64,000 bases of DNA from Burkholderiales bacterium (GTDB taxonomy: Bacteria > Pseudomonadota > Gammaproteobacteria > Burkholderiales > SG8-39). The position numbers were made by a program, and so were the translations under genes. The stretch is from assembly GCA_038211455.1 (NCBI GenBank), contig JBBQVP010000001.1, positions 15,593 through 79,592 of the forward strand, in the 5' to 3' direction. The notes under the pieces are model-generated. The model saw only the letters and a program-made list of their open reading frames with translations. It was not told the DNA's origin and searched no databases. Below, piece by piece: positions 9,232 through 23,171 of the stretch (position 1 is its first letter; the number at the start of each line of letters is the position of its first letter).

Positions 9232-10371
9232 TCAGCCGACCTTGTAGCGCTCAAGTATTTTCCTATCGATCTCTATCCCCAGGCCCGGCCCTGTGGGTAC
9301 GGTGACAATGCCCTTCCTGTGGCTGAACACGTCGCCACCTAGTTCTTCTCGGAAAGGATTATAGGTCTGCTCGTATTCCAGCATGGGGGGTTGGGGTACG
9401 AGGCAGGGGGGGCATTCGGGTAGCGACGCGAGGAAGTGCATGGTCGCGGCAAGCCCGATGGCGGTTCCCCACGCATGCGGAACGCATTGCACCCAGTGTG
9501 CCTGGGCCAGGGCGGCGATTTTCTTGCACTCGGTGATTCCGCCTGCAGCACAGACATCGGGTTGTACGATATCCATGGCACGACGGTCAATGATTTCGCG
9601 AAAGCTGAACTTGGTGAACTCGTTTTCGCCGCCGGCCACCTGCATGTCGAGCGCCCGGGAAACCTCCGCGTAGCCATCCAGATCTTCTGGCGACACCGGT
9701 TCTTCGAACCAGTGAATTCCGAGTTTCTCCATCTCGCGTCCGATCTGGATGGCCTGCGGAACGTTGTAGCAATGATTGGCATCCACCATCAGTAGCATTT
9801 CCGCTCCGATTGCATCTCGCACGGCAGCGATCCGGTCGAGATCCTTTTTCATAGACCCAAGGCCAATTTTCATTTTCACCGCGGGGAAACCCTGCTCCTT
9901 GTACCCGAGCGCTTCCTCAACGGCGGTTTCAGTAAGGCGATCCATATCAGTGAAATATAACCCTGTTGCGTATGCGATCAGATCAGTTCGAAACGCGCCG
10001 CCGATGAGTTTGTGTATAGGTTTCCCTGTGGCCTTGCCGATGATGTCCCAAAGCGCAATGTCGATACCCGAGATTCCCGAGATCGTCATACCGGTGAGCC
10101 CGTAATCTTTGACCTTGTTGTACAGCGTCTCCCAGATCACTTCCACATCGAAGGGATCCCTGCCGATCAGGGATGGTTTGAGCAGTGAGTCGACGATACT
10201 CTTCGCTACGGCGGAGGGGCCATAGCAGTCACCCCAGCCGACAATGCCTTCGTCGGTGATGACCTCTACGACTAGCGCTCCCTTTGTCCTGTACCACCAG
10301 CCGCGGGATGACGTGAACGGGACCTCGACCTCACATGAGAGTTGGTGCGTAACTATGTCGCGGATTCTCAT
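9232..10371 (-). CDS. enolase-superfamily enzyme (mandelate racemase/muconate lactonizing enzyme family)
   Basis: MRIRDIVTHQLSCEVEVPFTSSRGWWY...GIVGWGDCYGP...KMKIG...LMVDANHCY...WFEEP...GGE is typical of MR/MLE family dehydratases. The ATG is at 10371; the ORF-track start at 10437 is upstream. Confidence 0.85.
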   Translation of the reverse strand: MRIRDIVTHQLSCEVEVPFTSSRGWWYRTKGALVVEVITDEGIVGWGDCYGPSAVAKSIVDSLLKPSLIGRDPFDVEVIWETLYNKVKDYGLTGMTISGISGIDIALWDIIGKATGKPIHKLIGGAFRTDLIAYATGLYFTDMDRLTETAVEEALGYKEQGFPAVKMKIGLGSMKKDLDRIAAVRDAIGAEMLLMVDANHCYNVPQAIQIGREMEKLGIHWFEEPVSPEDLDGYAEVSRALDMQVAGGENEFTKFSFREIIDRRAMDIVQPDVCAAGGITECKKIAALAQAHWVQCVPHAWGTAIGLAATMHFLASLPECPPCLVPQPPMLEYEQTYNPFREELGGDVFSHRKGIVTVPTGPGLGIEIDRKILERYKVG

Positions 10372-10685
10372 TGCGCAGCTCCGTTGAGGCGGGAACGGGT
10401 AAGGGGGATAAGACTGGATAGCGTGAGTTTGCCTCAAGCGGCCTCAAAAGCTAAGTGAGTGTGTGCTCGCATTTAATAAAATATAGATATTTGTTGCTCT
10501 CTTGAAGGCTTTTTTCAGCCGGTCCAATTTGTCAGGTGAATTCACTTTGGAGAAGCATAAAGAGCTGACTACACAACGACACTCAAAAAGCGCATGGATT
10601 GGGCCGCATGGCGGCCTTGGTACTCGTCATGCATTTTGAGCTGGAGGGGGGCAGACCTGGCTTCCGTCGACTCGTTCGGCCCGAC

Positions 10686-10701
10686 TGTTCCACGTGAAAC
10701 A
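10686..10701. other. parS: parS centromere-like site (ParB binding site), copy 1
   Basis: TGTTCCACGTGAAACA is a 16/16 match to the canonical parS consensus TGTTNCACGTGAAACA. It lies 90 bp upstream of the mnmG ATG in the parAB neighbourhood. Confidence 0.8.
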
Positions 10702-10730
10702 CAGGGCAGCCAGTGGGTGTCTCCAATTCT

Positions 10731-10746
10731 GGTTTCACGTGGAACA
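10731..10746. other. parS: parS centromere-like site, copy 2
   Basis: GGTTTCACGTGGAACA has the reverse complement TGTTCCACGTGAAACC, a 15/16 match to the consensus. Its centre is 45 bp from copy 1. Confidence 0.7.
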
Positions 10747-10790
10747 TTCACGTATCATTGCGCTCCCCTGAGCAGCCCTTAGCAATAAGC

Positions 10791-12734
10791 ATGCGTTTTC
10801 CAAAGGAATTTGACGTTATTGTGATCGGTGGCGGCCATGCCGGCAGCGAGGCCGCGCTAGCCGCAGCACGTGCGGGAAGCATGACTTTGCTACTCACGCA
10901 CAATATCGAGACGCTTGGCCAGATGTCGTGCAACCCCTCGATCGGGGGCATAGGCAAGGGCCACTTGGTCAAGGAAATCGACGCCCTGGGCGGCGCGATG
11001 GCTCTGGCCACCGACCAAGCGGGAATTCAGTTTCGTACCCTCAACTCCTCAAAGGGCCAGGCGGTTCGGGCGACCCGAGCGCAGGCCGACCGTGTACTTT
11101 ATAGGGGGGCAATCCGTGCCCGGCTGGAGGGCCAGGTCAACCTGACCCTGTTCCAGCAGGCCGTCGATGACATCATCCTTGAGGGTGACAGGGCGGTCGG
11201 GGTGGTAACCCAGATCGGGCTGGAATTTCGCTGTCGGGCGATTGTGCTGACGACGGGAACTTTCCTTGGGGGGTTGATTCACGTCGGCATGGAAAAACAC
11301 CAGGGGGGGCGCGCTGGAGATCCGGCGGCGCTCACCTTGGCATCAAAGTTGCGCGAGATGCGCCTGCCAGTGGGCCGCTTAAAGACCGGTACGCCGCCGC
11401 GCCTTGACGGTCGCAGCATCGATTTTTCGGCGATGCAAGTGCAACCAGGCGATTCGCCTGAGCCGGTCTTTTCGTTTCTCGGGTCCAGGGATATGCACCC
11501 GGCGCAACTTCCGTGTTGGATTACCCATACCAACGAGCGCACCCACGAAATCATCCGGGGAGGGCTGGATCGGTCGCCGATGTTCACCGGCGTAATACAG
11601 GGGGTGGGGCCGCGTTATTGCCCGTCGATTGAGGACAAGATTCATCGGTTCTCGGGTAAGTCCAGCCATCAGGTCTTTCTCGAGCCAGAAGGCCTGAGCA
11701 CGCAGGAGTTCTATCCGAACGGGATATCCACCAGCCTGCCGTTCGACGTTCAGCTTGCGGCGGTCAACAGTATCCGTGGCCTCGAGAATGCCCATATCCT
11801 TCGACCGGGCTATGCGATCGAGTACGATTACTTCGACCCCCGCAACCTGAAGGCGTCGCTGGAAACAAAATCGGTTCCCGGACTTTTTTTCGCGGGACAG
11901 ATAAACGGCACCACCGGCTACGAAGAAGCGGCCGCACAGGGGCTGCTCGCGGGTCTTAACGCGGCGCTGCTGTCGAGCGAGCGGGACCCATGGTGCCCGC
12001 GGCGGGACGAGGCTTATCTTGGTGTTCTGGTCGACGATCTGATCACGCGGGGGGTGTCCGAGCCCTACCGAATGTTCACTAGTCGCGCCGAGTACCGGCT
12101 CATGCTGCGCGAAGACAATGCGGACCTGCGTCTGACACAGATTGGCCGTTCCCTAGGGATTGTCGACGACGCTCGCTGGGATGCGTTCAACCGCAAACGT
12201 GACGCGATTGCGGCCGAGCAGGAAAGGCTCAAATCAATCTGGGTGAATCCGCGGTCGCTTGGCAATGCAGACGCAGAGCGGGTCCTGGGAAAAGCAATCG
12301 AGCGCGAATATACGCTGGCTGAACTGTTGCGTCGGCCAGACGTCAACTACGCCGCGCTTATGACGCTGCCGGGTGCAGGCAAAGGGGTCGAGGATTCGAT
12401 CATCGCCGAACAAGTGGAAGTTCAGGCGAAGTACTCTGGCTACATCGGCCGTCAGCAGGAAGAGGTGACGCGGCGTGAAGCGCAGGCCGAGCTAAGGCTT
12501 CCGCTCGATCTTGACTACACCGAGGTTCGCGGACTTTCGCGCGAGGTGCAGCAGACGCTCAACCGCCACAAACCCCAGACCATCGGACAGGCCTCCCGGA
12601 TGCAGGGAATTACGCCGGCTGCAATTTCCTTGCTGCTTGTGCACCTCAAGCGAGGGTTTGGGCGGGGCGCGCCGGCGCAGAGGCCCTTGGCAGGTGCGGA
12701 ACCAGTCGGACAGCCCCGGAAGAGGTCTGCATGA
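10791..12734 (+). CDS. mnmG: tRNA uridine-5-carboxymethylaminomethyl(34) synthesis enzyme MnmG (GidA)
   Basis: [29 protein letters not shown]...[23 protein letters not shown]...[11 protein letters not shown] is an unmistakable GidA sequence. Confidence 0.95.
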   Translation: MRFPKEFDVIVIGGGHAGSEAALAAARAGSMTLLLTHNIETLGQMSCNPSIGGIGKGHLVKEIDALGGAMALATDQAGIQFRTLNSSKGQAVRATRAQADRVLYRGAIRARLEGQVNLTLFQQAVDDIILEGDRAVGVVTQIGLEFRCRAIVLTTGTFLGGLIHVGMEKHQGGRAGDPAALTLASKLREMRLPVGRLKTGTPPRLDGRSIDFSAMQVQPGDSPEPVFSFLGSRDMHPAQLPCWITHTNERTHEIIRGGLDRSPMFTGVIQGVGPRYCPSIEDKIHRFSGKSSHQVFLEPEGLSTQEFYPNGISTSLPFDVQLAAVNSIRGLENAHILRPGYAIEYDYFDPRNLKASLETKSVPGLFFAGQINGTTGYEEAAAQGLLAGLNAALLSSERDPWCPRRDEAYLGVLVDDLITRGVSEPYRMFTSRAEYRLMLREDNADLRLTQIGRSLGIVDDARWDAFNRKRDAIAAEQERLKSIWVNPRSLGNADAERVLGKAIEREYTLAELLRRPDVNYAALMTLPGAGKGVEDSIIAEQVEVQAKYSGYIGRQQEEVTRREAQAELRLPLDLDYTEVRGLSREVQQTLNRHKPQTIGQASRMQGITPAAISLLLVHLKRGFGRGAPAQRPLAGAEPVGQPRKRSA

Positions 12735-13357
12735 CACCGGCGGATACGCTGGCGGAAGGGCTTGAGGCCCTCGAATTGGACCTGCCTGGTGAGGCGACGC
12801 GAAAGCTGCTGGCATATGTTGATCTGCTCACGAAATGGAATCGGACCTACAACCTCACCGCAATTCGCGAACCCGAACGCATGGTTAGCCATCATCTGAT
12901 CGACTCCCTGGCCGTGCTTCCACATTTGGCCGAAGGCGCACTCGTGGATGTTGGTGCCGGTGGTGGCCTCCCGGGGATTCCGATCGCGATTGCACAACCC
13001 GGGCGCAGGGTGACTCTCAACGACAGCAACCACAAAAAGGCTGCGTTCATGCAGCAAGCGGCCATTGAACTTGGCTTGTCAAATGTGGCTGTGCATGTCG
13101 GTCGGGCGGAAGACTGGCATCCCGCGCCGCGCTTCGACGGGGCCATTTCCCGGGCTTTTGCGGAACTGGGTGACTTCGTAACGGCGTGCAGGGGACTGGT
13201 CAAGCCCGGCGGGTTCTACGCGGCCATGAAAGGTGTTTATCCGCATGACGAACTCCTGAAATTGCCCGCGGACGTAAGGTGCGAGACGCCGGTCCGGCTC
13301 AACGTGCCTCTAGTCGAGGGAGCACGTCACTTTGTGGTTTGCCGGATCGAGGCATAG
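12731..13357 (+). CDS. rsmG: 16S rRNA (guanine527-N7)-methyltransferase RsmG (GidB)
   Basis: The [25 protein letters not shown]...[15 protein letters not shown] motifs are present. There is an ATGA overlap with mnmG. Confidence 0.95.
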   Translation: MTPADTLAEGLEALELDLPGEATRKLLAYVDLLTKWNRTYNLTAIREPERMVSHHLIDSLAVLPHLAEGALVDVGAGGGLPGIPIAIAQPGRRVTLNDSNHKKAAFMQQAAIELGLSNVAVHVGRAEDWHPAPRFDGAISRAFAELGDFVTACRGLVKPGGFYAAMKGVYPHDELLKLPADVRCETPVRLNVPLVEGARHFVVCRIEA

Positions 13358-13359
13358 AC

Positions 13360-14127
13360 ATGGCGAGAACATTTGCAGTGGTTAACCAGAAGGGTGGGGT
13401 AGGAAAGACCACAACCAGCGTCAACCTCGCCGCCGGGTTGGCAACGGCCGGCCGTCGCGTATTGCTGGTCGACCTGGACCCCCAGGGAAATGCCACGACA
13501 GGCAGCGGCATCGACAAGCGCACAGTCTCTCGCACGGTCTATCAGGTTCTGCTTGGGCTGGGTGAGGTGGCTACCATCCGGGTTGCATCCGACAGTGGAA
13601 AGTACGACCTCCTCCCGGCGAATCGGGAACTTGCGGGGGCGGAGATCGACCTGGTCGATCTTCCGAACCGCGAAGGGCGCCTGAAAGCTGCGCTCGCTGT
13701 TGTTGCGAATGATTACGATTACATCCTGATTGACTGTCCACCGTCGTTGTCTCTGCTGACGATCAACGGCCTTGTCGCAGCGGAGGAGGTCCTGATTCCC
13801 ATGCAGTGTGAGTACTACGCACTCGAGGGCCTGTCGGATCTGGTGAGTACTGTAAAGCGGGTGCGTACGAGCCTTAACCCCGACTTGGAAATTGGTGGCC
13901 TGCTGCGCACGATGTACGACCCCCGCAACACGCTTTCGCAGCAGGTTTCCGCGCAACTTGAGCAGCACTTCGGTGCCAAGGTATTCAAGACCCTGGTACC
14001 GCGCAACATCCGGCTGGCCGAAGCGCCCAGCTATGGGGTTCCCGCACTTGTCTGGGATCCCGGCTCCAAGGGTTCGCAGGCCTACCTGGCGCTGACCGAG
14101 GAAATACTGGCTCGTGCTGCCCTATAA
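13360..14127 (+). CDS. parA: chromosome partitioning ATPase ParA (Soj)
   Basis: MARTFAVVNQKGGVGKTTTSVNLAAGLA contains the deviant Walker A. The gene sits between rsmG and parB. Confidence 0.95.
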   Translation: MARTFAVVNQKGGVGKTTTSVNLAAGLATAGRRVLLVDLDPQGNATTGSGIDKRTVSRTVYQVLLGLGEVATIRVASDSGKYDLLPANRELAGAEIDLVDLPNREGRLKAALAVVANDYDYILIDCPPSLSLLTINGLVAAEEVLIPMQCEYYALEGLSDLVSTVKRVRTSLNPDLEIGGLLRTMYDPRNTLSQQVSAQLEQHFGAKVFKTLVPRNIRLAEAPSYGVPALVWDPGSKGSQAYLALTEEILARAAL

Positions 14128-14141
14128 CGACTGGAATTGAA

Positions 14142-14984
14142 ATGATCAAACCTAAAGGATTGGGCCGAGGGCTGGATGCGTTGCTGGGCAGCGAGGAGCC
14201 GGCAAAGGACGCGCTTCTTACGCTGGCGGTAAATCGGATTCGCCCTGGGAAGTACCAGCCCCGAACGCAAATGGACCAGGAGGCCCTTGCGGAACTGGCC
14301 GCGTCGATAAAGTCGCAGGGGCTGATGCAACCCGTGCTGGTCCGTCCTGTGGAAAGAGATCGTTACGAGTTGATTGCCGGAGAGCGTCGCTGGCGCGCCG
14401 CGCAGATGGCGGGATTGGAATACGTGCCGGCTCTGGTGCGTGAGGTGCCGGATGAATCCGCGCTTGCGATGGCACTGATCGAGAACATCCAGCGAGAAAA
14501 CCTCAATGCAATGGAGGAGGCCGCCGGCCTGCAACGGCTTGTCCAGGAATTCAAGATGACGCATCAGCAGGCGGCGGATGCAGTCGGCCGCTCGCGCAGC
14601 GCCGCGAGCAATCTTCTGCGATTGCTCAATCTGGCCAAGCCGGTGCAGGCGATGGTGATGGAGGGCGTGCTCGAAATGGGTCACGCGCGTGCGCTGCTTG
14701 CGCTGGATGGCGCGCGTCAGGTCGAGGCAGCGAACAGGGCCTCAGCGCGCGGCCTTTCGGTGCGCGAGACCGAGGCCCTTGCGCAGCATCTGCTCAGAGG
14801 CGAAGGCACGACGCGACGCAAGAAAGTGGACCGGGATGTTGCGCGCCTTGAAGAGGAGACTGCTGAGAAAATCGGCACCTCCGTAGAGATCAAGCCAGGA
14901 AAGAAGGGCGCTGGCAAACTCGTGATCCACTATTCAAATTTCGCGCATCTGGATGAACTGCTGGCGCAGCTAGTGCGACGTTAG
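14142..14984 (+). CDS. parB: chromosome partitioning protein ParB (Spo0J)
   Basis: KGLGRGLDALL, IAGERRWRAAQMAGL, and an HTH region (HQQAADAVGRSRSAASNLLRLLNL). Confidence 0.95.
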   Translation: MIKPKGLGRGLDALLGSEEPAKDALLTLAVNRIRPGKYQPRTQMDQEALAELAASIKSQGLMQPVLVRPVERDRYELIAGERRWRAAQMAGLEYVPALVREVPDESALAMALIENIQRENLNAMEEAAGLQRLVQEFKMTHQQAADAVGRSRSAASNLLRLLNLAKPVQAMVMEGVLEMGHARALLALDGARQVEAANRASARGLSVRETEALAQHLLRGEGTTRRKKVDRDVARLEEETAEKIGTSVEIKPGKKGAGKLVIHYSNFAHLDELLAQLVRR

Positions 14985-15017
14985 GTGAAACGCATGATGT
15001 TGCATTGCGGCGCCGGA

Positions 15018-15047
15018 TTGACTGAAAAGACCGAAGCCAACTACAAT
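15018..15047 (+). promoter_or_regulatory. candidate sigma70 promoter of the atp operon
   Basis: TTGACT (15018-15023), an 18-nt spacer, then TACAAT (15042-15047), about 35 nt upstream of the atpI ATG. Confidence 0.4.
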
Positions 15048-15081
15048 CGACGGGTTTGCTTGATGCGAAAAACCTGACGTA

Positions 15082-16564
<1,483 letters not shown>

Positions 16565-16599
16565 GCCGCGGTTTCGGTTTTTCCCGCTAGGGGGGAAGC

Positions 16600-17070
16600 A
16601 TGAACATCAACTTGACGCTATTCGCTCAGGCCGCAGTTTTCCTGGCGTTCATCGGTTTCACGATGAAGTTCGTCTGGCCGCCGATGCTGCGCGCAATCGA
16701 AACCCGCCAGAAAACCATTGCCGATGGTCTGGCGGCCGCAGATCGTGGCCACAAGTCGCTCGAGGCTTCGGCCAAGCAGGCCGCGGACGAAATCCAGGCT
16801 GCGCGCGACCGTGCCGGCGAAATTCTGGGCCAGGCGGAAAAGCGCGCCGCGCAGATGATCGAGGCGGCCAAGGCTGCGGCGAAGGAAGAGAGCGGGCGCG
16901 AAAAGGCTGCAGCCAAGGCTGAGATCGAGCAGGATGTCTCACGCGCGCGTGAGACGCTGCGCGAGCAGGTTGCGGCGCTGGCGGTCGCCGGCGCGGAAAA
17001 AATCCTGCAGCGAGAAGTCAACGTCCAGGCGCACGCCGAACTGCTTGCAAAGCTCAAGCAAGAGATCTGA
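16600..17070 (+). CDS. atpF: F0F1 ATP synthase subunit b
   Basis: An N-terminal TM segment followed by a long charged helix, in the operon position. Confidence 0.95.
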   Translation: MNINLTLFAQAAVFLAFIGFTMKFVWPPMLRAIETRQKTIADGLAAADRGHKSLEASAKQAADEIQAARDRAGEILGQAEKRAAQMIEAAKAAAKEESGREKAAAKAEIEQDVSRARETLREQVAALAVAGAEKILQREVNVQAHAELLAKLKQEI

Positions 17071-17075
17071 CCTGA

Positions 17076-17612
17076 ATGGCTGAAATCACCACAATTGCGC
17101 GACCCTACGCTGAGGCGGTTTTCGGCCTCGCTGACCAGGGCGGCACGCTTGCGCAATGGTCCGAGACGCTCGACAGGTTCGCCAGTGTTGCGCAGGCGCC
17201 TGAGATGAGTGAACTGTTCGGCAACCCCAAGGTGACTAGCGCGCAGTTCGTCGACCTGTTTGTCTCGACGGCTGATAACCTGCCGGCGGAAGCCAAGGGT
17301 CTGCTGCTGATGCTGGCTGAGAACAAGCGTCTGGCGGCTTTGCCGGGAGTGCGCGACCAGTTCGAGTTGCTCAAGGCGGAGCGCGAAGGCGCGGTCGACG
17401 CAAAGATTGAATCGGCGTTTGCGCTCGAAGGAGGCGAACTTAAGTCACTCGTAGCCGATCTGGAGCGCCGCTTCAAGCGCAAGATCCGTCCGCAGGTCAC
17501 GGTAGTCAAGGAACTCATCGGCGGCGCACGCATCACAGTCGGCGACAAAGTCATCGACGGCACCGTGCGCGGCAAGCTCGACGCCATGAACGCCGGATTG
17601 ATGGGCAGTTGA
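17076..17612 (+). CDS. atpH: F0F1 ATP synthase subunit delta
   Basis: ARPYAEAVF start (OSCP/delta family), in the operon position. Confidence 0.95.
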   Translation: MAEITTIARPYAEAVFGLADQGGTLAQWSETLDRFASVAQAPEMSELFGNPKVTSAQFVDLFVSTADNLPAEAKGLLLMLAENKRLAALPGVRDQFELLKAEREGAVDAKIESAFALEGGELKSLVADLERRFKRKIRPQVTVVKELIGGARITVGDKVIDGTVRGKLDAMNAGLMGS

Positions 17613-17667
17613 TGTTAACCAAGCGCCCACCCACCATAGATCACACACTTACCAAAGCGGAATAGCC

Positions 17668-19212
17668 ATGCAACAGCTGAAACCCTCCGAAATCAGCGAG
17701 CTGATCCGGTCGCGCATCCAGAGCCTCGCGCTCCCGGCCGACTCCCGCACTCAGGGGACCGTCATTTCTGTCACGGACGGCATCTGCCGCGTTCACGGTC
17801 TGTCCGACGCGATGGCTGGCGAAATGCTGGAGTTCCCCAACAACACCTTCGGCCTCGCGCTGAACCTTGAGCGCGACTCGGTCGGCGCGGTGATCCTGGG
17901 AGAATACGAGCACATATCTGAAGGCGACACGGTCAAATGCACCGGCCGGATCCTTGATGTGCCCGTCGGGCCGGAGTTGATCGGTCGGGTCGTCAATTCG
18001 CTCGGCCAGCCGATCGACGGCAAGGGCCCGGTCAACGCGAAGATGACCGACGTGATCGAGAAAGTCGCGCCAGGCGTGATCGAGCGCCAGTCGGTCTCGC
18101 AGCCGGTGCAGACGGGACTCAAGTCCATTGACTCGATGGTACCGATCGGCCGCGGCCAGCGCGAACTGATCATCGGCGACCGCCAGACCGGCAAGACCGC
18201 CGTGGCGATCGACGCGATCATCAACCAGAAAGGCAAGGACCTTATCTGTATTTATGTGGCGATCGGGCAGAAGGCGTCCTCGGTGGTCAACGTCGTCCGC
18301 AAGCTCGAAGAGCACGGCGCGATGGCGTACACCATCGTCGTTGCCGCCACGGCCTCCGAGTCCGCTGCAATGCAGTTCATCGCGCCGTATTCGGGCTGCA
18401 CGATGGGCGAGTACTTCCGCGACCGCGGTCAGGATGCGCTGATCATCTATGACGACCTGACCAAGCAGGCCTGGGCCTACCGTCAGGTTTCGCTGCTGCT
18501 GCGCCGCCCGCCGGGACGCGAAGCGTATCCCGGCGACGTTTTCTACCTGCACTCGCGCTTGCTTGAGCGCGCTGCGCGCGTCAACCCGGAATACGTGGAG
18601 AAGTTCACCAAGGGCGAAGTCAAGGGAAAGACCGGATCGCTGACTGCACTGCCGATCATCGAGACGCAGGCCGGTGACGTCACGGCCTTCGTGCCTACCA
18701 ACGTCATCTCGATTACCGACGGCCAGATCTTCCTCGAGACCGACCTGTTCAACGCGGGTATTCGTCCAGCCATTAACGCGGGCATTTCGGTGTCACGCGT
18801 AGGTGGCGCCGCACAGACCAAAGTCGTGAAGAAGCTCGGCGGCGGCGTGCGCCTTGCGCTTGCCCAGTACCGCGAACTCGCAGCATTCGCGCAATTCGCC
18901 TCGGACCTGGACGAAGCCACCCGCAAGCAGCTTGAGCGTGGCCGGCTGGTGACGGAGCTGATGAAGCAACCGCAGTACGAGCCGCTTCAGGTCTGGCAGA
19001 TGGCGCTGGTCCTGTTCGGTGTCAACAACGGCTACTTCGACGACGTGGATGTGAAGAAGGCGCTGGCGTGCGAAAAGGCGATGCAGGCCTACGTCAAGGA
19101 CAAGTACGCTGCGCTGATCGATCGTATCGAGAGCACCAAGGATCTGTCCAAGGAAGACGAAGTTGAGCTGCACGAAGCCGTGAAAGACTTCAAGAAGAAC
19201 GGATCGTACTAA
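17668..19212 (+). CDS. atpA: F0F1 ATP synthase subunit alpha
   Basis: [18 protein letters not shown] Walker A, 514 aa. Confidence 0.97.
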   Translation: MQQLKPSEISELIRSRIQSLALPADSRTQGTVISVTDGICRVHGLSDAMAGEMLEFPNNTFGLALNLERDSVGAVILGEYEHISEGDTVKCTGRILDVPVGPELIGRVVNSLGQPIDGKGPVNAKMTDVIEKVAPGVIERQSVSQPVQTGLKSIDSMVPIGRGQRELIIGDRQTGKTAVAIDAIINQKGKDLICIYVAIGQKASSVVNVVRKLEEHGAMAYTIVVAATASESAAMQFIAPYSGCTMGEYFRDRGQDALIIYDDLTKQAWAYRQVSLLLRRPPGREAYPGDVFYLHSRLLERAARVNPEYVEKFTKGEVKGKTGSLTALPIIETQAGDVTAFVPTNVISITDGQIFLETDLFNAGIRPAINAGISVSRVGGAAQTKVVKKLGGGVRLALAQYRELAAFAQFASDLDEATRKQLERGRLVTELMKQPQYEPLQVWQMALVLFGVNNGYFDDVDVKKALACEKAMQAYVKDKYAALIDRIESTKDLSKEDEVELHEAVKDFKKNGSY

Positions 19213-19252
19213 GCGCGCGACCAAGCGAAACGACTAAGCAAGAGGTCCTGCG

Positions 19253-20116
19253 ATGCCAGGCAGCAAGGAAATACGCACCAAGATCAAGAGCGTGCAAAAC
19301 ACGCGCAAGATCACCAAGGCCATGGAGATGGTCGCAGCCTCGAAGATGAGGAAGGCGCAACAACGCATGCGCGCCGCGCGGCCGTACGCCGAGAAGATCC
19401 GCAACGTGGCGGCGCACATGAGCCACGCCAACCCAGAATACCGCCACCCGTTCCTCGTCGAGCGTGATTCGGTGAAGAAGGTCGGCATCATCGTGGTGAC
19501 CTCCGACAAGGGGTTGTGCGGCGGGCTGAACACCAACGTGCTGCGCATGGCGCTGGCCAAGATGCGCGCCTGGGAAGGCGAAGGCGAGGAGTTCGAAGTC
19601 TGCGCCATCGGCAACAAGGGCCTGGGATTCATGCAGCGCCTGAAAGCAAACGTGGTTTCGCACGTCACCGGCCTGGGCGACACGCCCCACATGGACAAGA
19701 TGATCGGCGCCGTCAAGGTGATGCTCAACGGGTATACCGAAGACCGGTTCGACCGGCTGGTGATTTTCTACACTCGATTCCTGAATACCATGAAGCAGGA
19801 ACCGGTGATGGAGCAGCTGCTCCCCCTGTCGGGTGAAACGCTGGGCGCGCCAGAGGGACTCTGGGATTACATCTACGAGCCAGATGCGAAAGCGGTTATC
19901 GACCAGGTGCTCACGCGCTACATCGAAGCACTGATCTACCAGTCCGTATCGGAGAACATCGCCTCCGAGCAGAGCGCACGAATGGTGGCGATGAAGGCAG
20001 CCAGCGACAACGCCGGCAGTGTCATCGACGACCTGCAACTCATTTACAACAAATCGCGCCAGGCCGCGATCACCAAGGAACTTTCGGAGATCGTCGGCGG
20101 AGCTGCTGCGGTTTGA
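19253..20116 (+). CDS. atpG: F0F1 ATP synthase subunit gamma
   Basis: The start [36 protein letters not shown] and the C-terminal [14 protein letters not shown]. Confidence 0.97.
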   Translation: MPGSKEIRTKIKSVQNTRKITKAMEMVAASKMRKAQQRMRAARPYAEKIRNVAAHMSHANPEYRHPFLVERDSVKKVGIIVVTSDKGLCGGLNTNVLRMALAKMRAWEGEGEEFEVCAIGNKGLGFMQRLKANVVSHVTGLGDTPHMDKMIGAVKVMLNGYTEDRFDRLVIFYTRFLNTMKQEPVMEQLLPLSGETLGAPEGLWDYIYEPDAKAVIDQVLTRYIEALIYQSVSENIASEQSARMVAMKAASDNAGSVIDDLQLIYNKSRQAAITKELSEIVGGAAAV

Positions 20117-20143
20117 CGACTGATTTATCGAATTCGAACCTGA

Positions 20144-21540
<1,397 letters not shown>

Positions 21541-21541
<1 letters not shown>

Positions 21542-21966
21542 TGGCACACACTATTCACGTCGACGTCGTCAGCGCCGAAGAGCAGATCTACTCCGGTGAG
21601 GCCGAATTCGTGGTCCTTCCGGGTGAGGCGGGCGAACTGGGTATTTATCCGCGCCATACTCCACTCATTACGCGCATCAAGCCGGGTACGGTGCGCATCA
21701 AGCCAGAGGGGGGCGGCGAGGAGGAACTGATATTTGTGGCCGGCGGTATCCTTGAGGTGCAACCCAAGGTTGTCACCGTGCTTGCCGACACTGCGGTGCG
21801 TGGTCACGATCTGGACGAGGCCAAGGCGCTTGAAGCCATGAAACGCGCTGAAGAGGCGTTGCACGACCGGACCGGAAAAATGGAATACGCCCAGGCCGCG
21901 GCGGAGCTTGCCGAGGCCGCGGCACAGATTGCGGCGATCCGGAAGCTGCGGCAGAGAAAAGGTTGA
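21541..21966 (+). CDS. atpC: F0F1 ATP synthase subunit epsilon
   Basis: [36 protein letters not shown]. The start overlaps the atpD stop. Confidence 0.95.
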
Positions 21967-21998
21967 TCCCGAACGCCTGAGGGCGCCCGGCCTACACG

Positions 21999-23171
21999 AT
22001 GGCCGATGCACTATTAGTCCTGAACGCCGGCTCCTCGAGCCTGAAATTTTCCCTATACGCTGCGGACCCACTCGACGTGCGTCTGCGCGGTCTGTTTGAG
22101 AACATTGGGGCGAGCGCTCACTTTCAGGCAACTGACGGTCGCGAGACTGTCCTCGATGACAGGAAGTGGGAGGGTCCGCTAACACACGCGGCGGCGCTTG
22201 AATTCCTTCTCGACTTTCTCCCGCGCGCTGCAGCCTATGACCGGCTCGCTGCCGTCGGGCACCGTGTGGTGCATGGCGGACAGGATTTTCCCGGACCGGT
22301 CCGCGTAGATGGAAACGTACTCCAGGCGCTGGAAAGTCTCGTGCCCCTTGCGCCGCTGCACCAACCGCACAATCTCGCCGCAATACGCGCAATCGCTGCG
22401 CTCGATCCGAAGTTGCAGCAGGTGGCGTGCTTCGACACGTCCTTCCACCGGCGCCAGCCCGCAGTCGCGCAAGCCTATGCGCTGCCGCCATCGATCACTT
22501 CGCGCGGGGTGCTGCGTTACGGATTTCATGGGCTATCGTATGAGTATGTTGCCTCCTTGCTTCCTGAGTTTGACGCAAGGGCCGCCCGGGGCAGGACAAT
22601 CGTCGCCCACCTTGGCGCTGGATCGAGCCTGTGCGGACTGGCAGCCGGCCACAGCGTCGCAACCACCATGGGCTTTACTGCGCTTGACGGATTGCCTATG
22701 GCCACCCGGTGCGGAAGCCTCGACCCTGGCGTCGTTCTCTACCTGATGGACCAGCTCGGCATGGGCGCGCGCGAAATCCAGCACCTGCTCTACAACGAGT
22801 CCGGCCTCGCCGGAGTTTCAGGCGTTTCAGGAGACATGCGCGAACTGCTCGCAAGTGGCAAATCCGGGGCAAACGAAGCCATCGAACTCTACGTTTACCG
22901 AATCGGCCGTGAAATAGGCTCTCTCGCCGCAGCGCTCGGGGGGCTGGATGCGCTGGTTTTCACAGGAGGAATCGGGGAACATCAGGCTGAAATCCGGGCC
23001 CGCGTATGCGCTGCAGCCGCATGGCTTGGTGTTGAACTCGATGCCCCGGCGAACGAGTCAGGCGGACCCCGCATCAGCCGGGAAGGGCTACCTGTATCGG
23101 CTTGGGTGATACCTACCGACGAGGAACTGGTCATCGCACGGCACAGTGTCCAAACTCTGCAGGCACCATGA
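21999..23171 (+). CDS. ackA: acetate/propionate family kinase
   Basis: LVLNAGSSSLKFSLY...VGHRVVHGG...FDTSFH...RYGFHGLSYEY...HLGAGSSLC...TGGIGE are acetate kinase signatures. Confidence 0.85.
   Translation: MADALLVLNAGSSSLKFSLYAADPLDVRLRGLFENIGASAHFQATDGRETVLDDRKWEGPLTHAAALEFLLDFLPRAAAYDRLAAVGHRVVHGGQDFPGPVRVDGNVLQALESLVPLAPLHQPHNLAAIRAIAALDPKLQQVACFDTSFHRRQPAVAQAYALPPSITSRGVLRYGFHGLSYEYVASLLPEFDARAARGRTIVAHLGAGSSLCGLAAGHSVATTMGFTALDGLPMATRCGSLDPGVVLYLMDQLGMGAREIQHLLYNESGLAGVSGVSGDMRELLASGKSGANEAIELYVYRIGREIGSLAAALGGLDALVFTGGIGEHQAEIRARVCAAAAWLGVELDAPANESGGPRISREGLPVSAWVIPTDEELVIARHSVQTLQAP

Noticed and set aside
10438-10790. Possible oriC in the mnmG upstream region (by analogy with gidA-oriC in E. 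coli), given a strand switch, an AT-rich stretch at about 10469-10500, a GTGAATTCAC palindrome at 10536-10545, and parS sites
   Set aside because: I found no cluster of DnaA boxes; the best matches to TTATCCACA are 5-6 of 9, and some overlap parS itself. The AT-rich stretch is only about 30 bp. The region is better explained as divergent promoters plus parS. Proper testing needs GC-skew and DnaA-box scans of the whole replicon.
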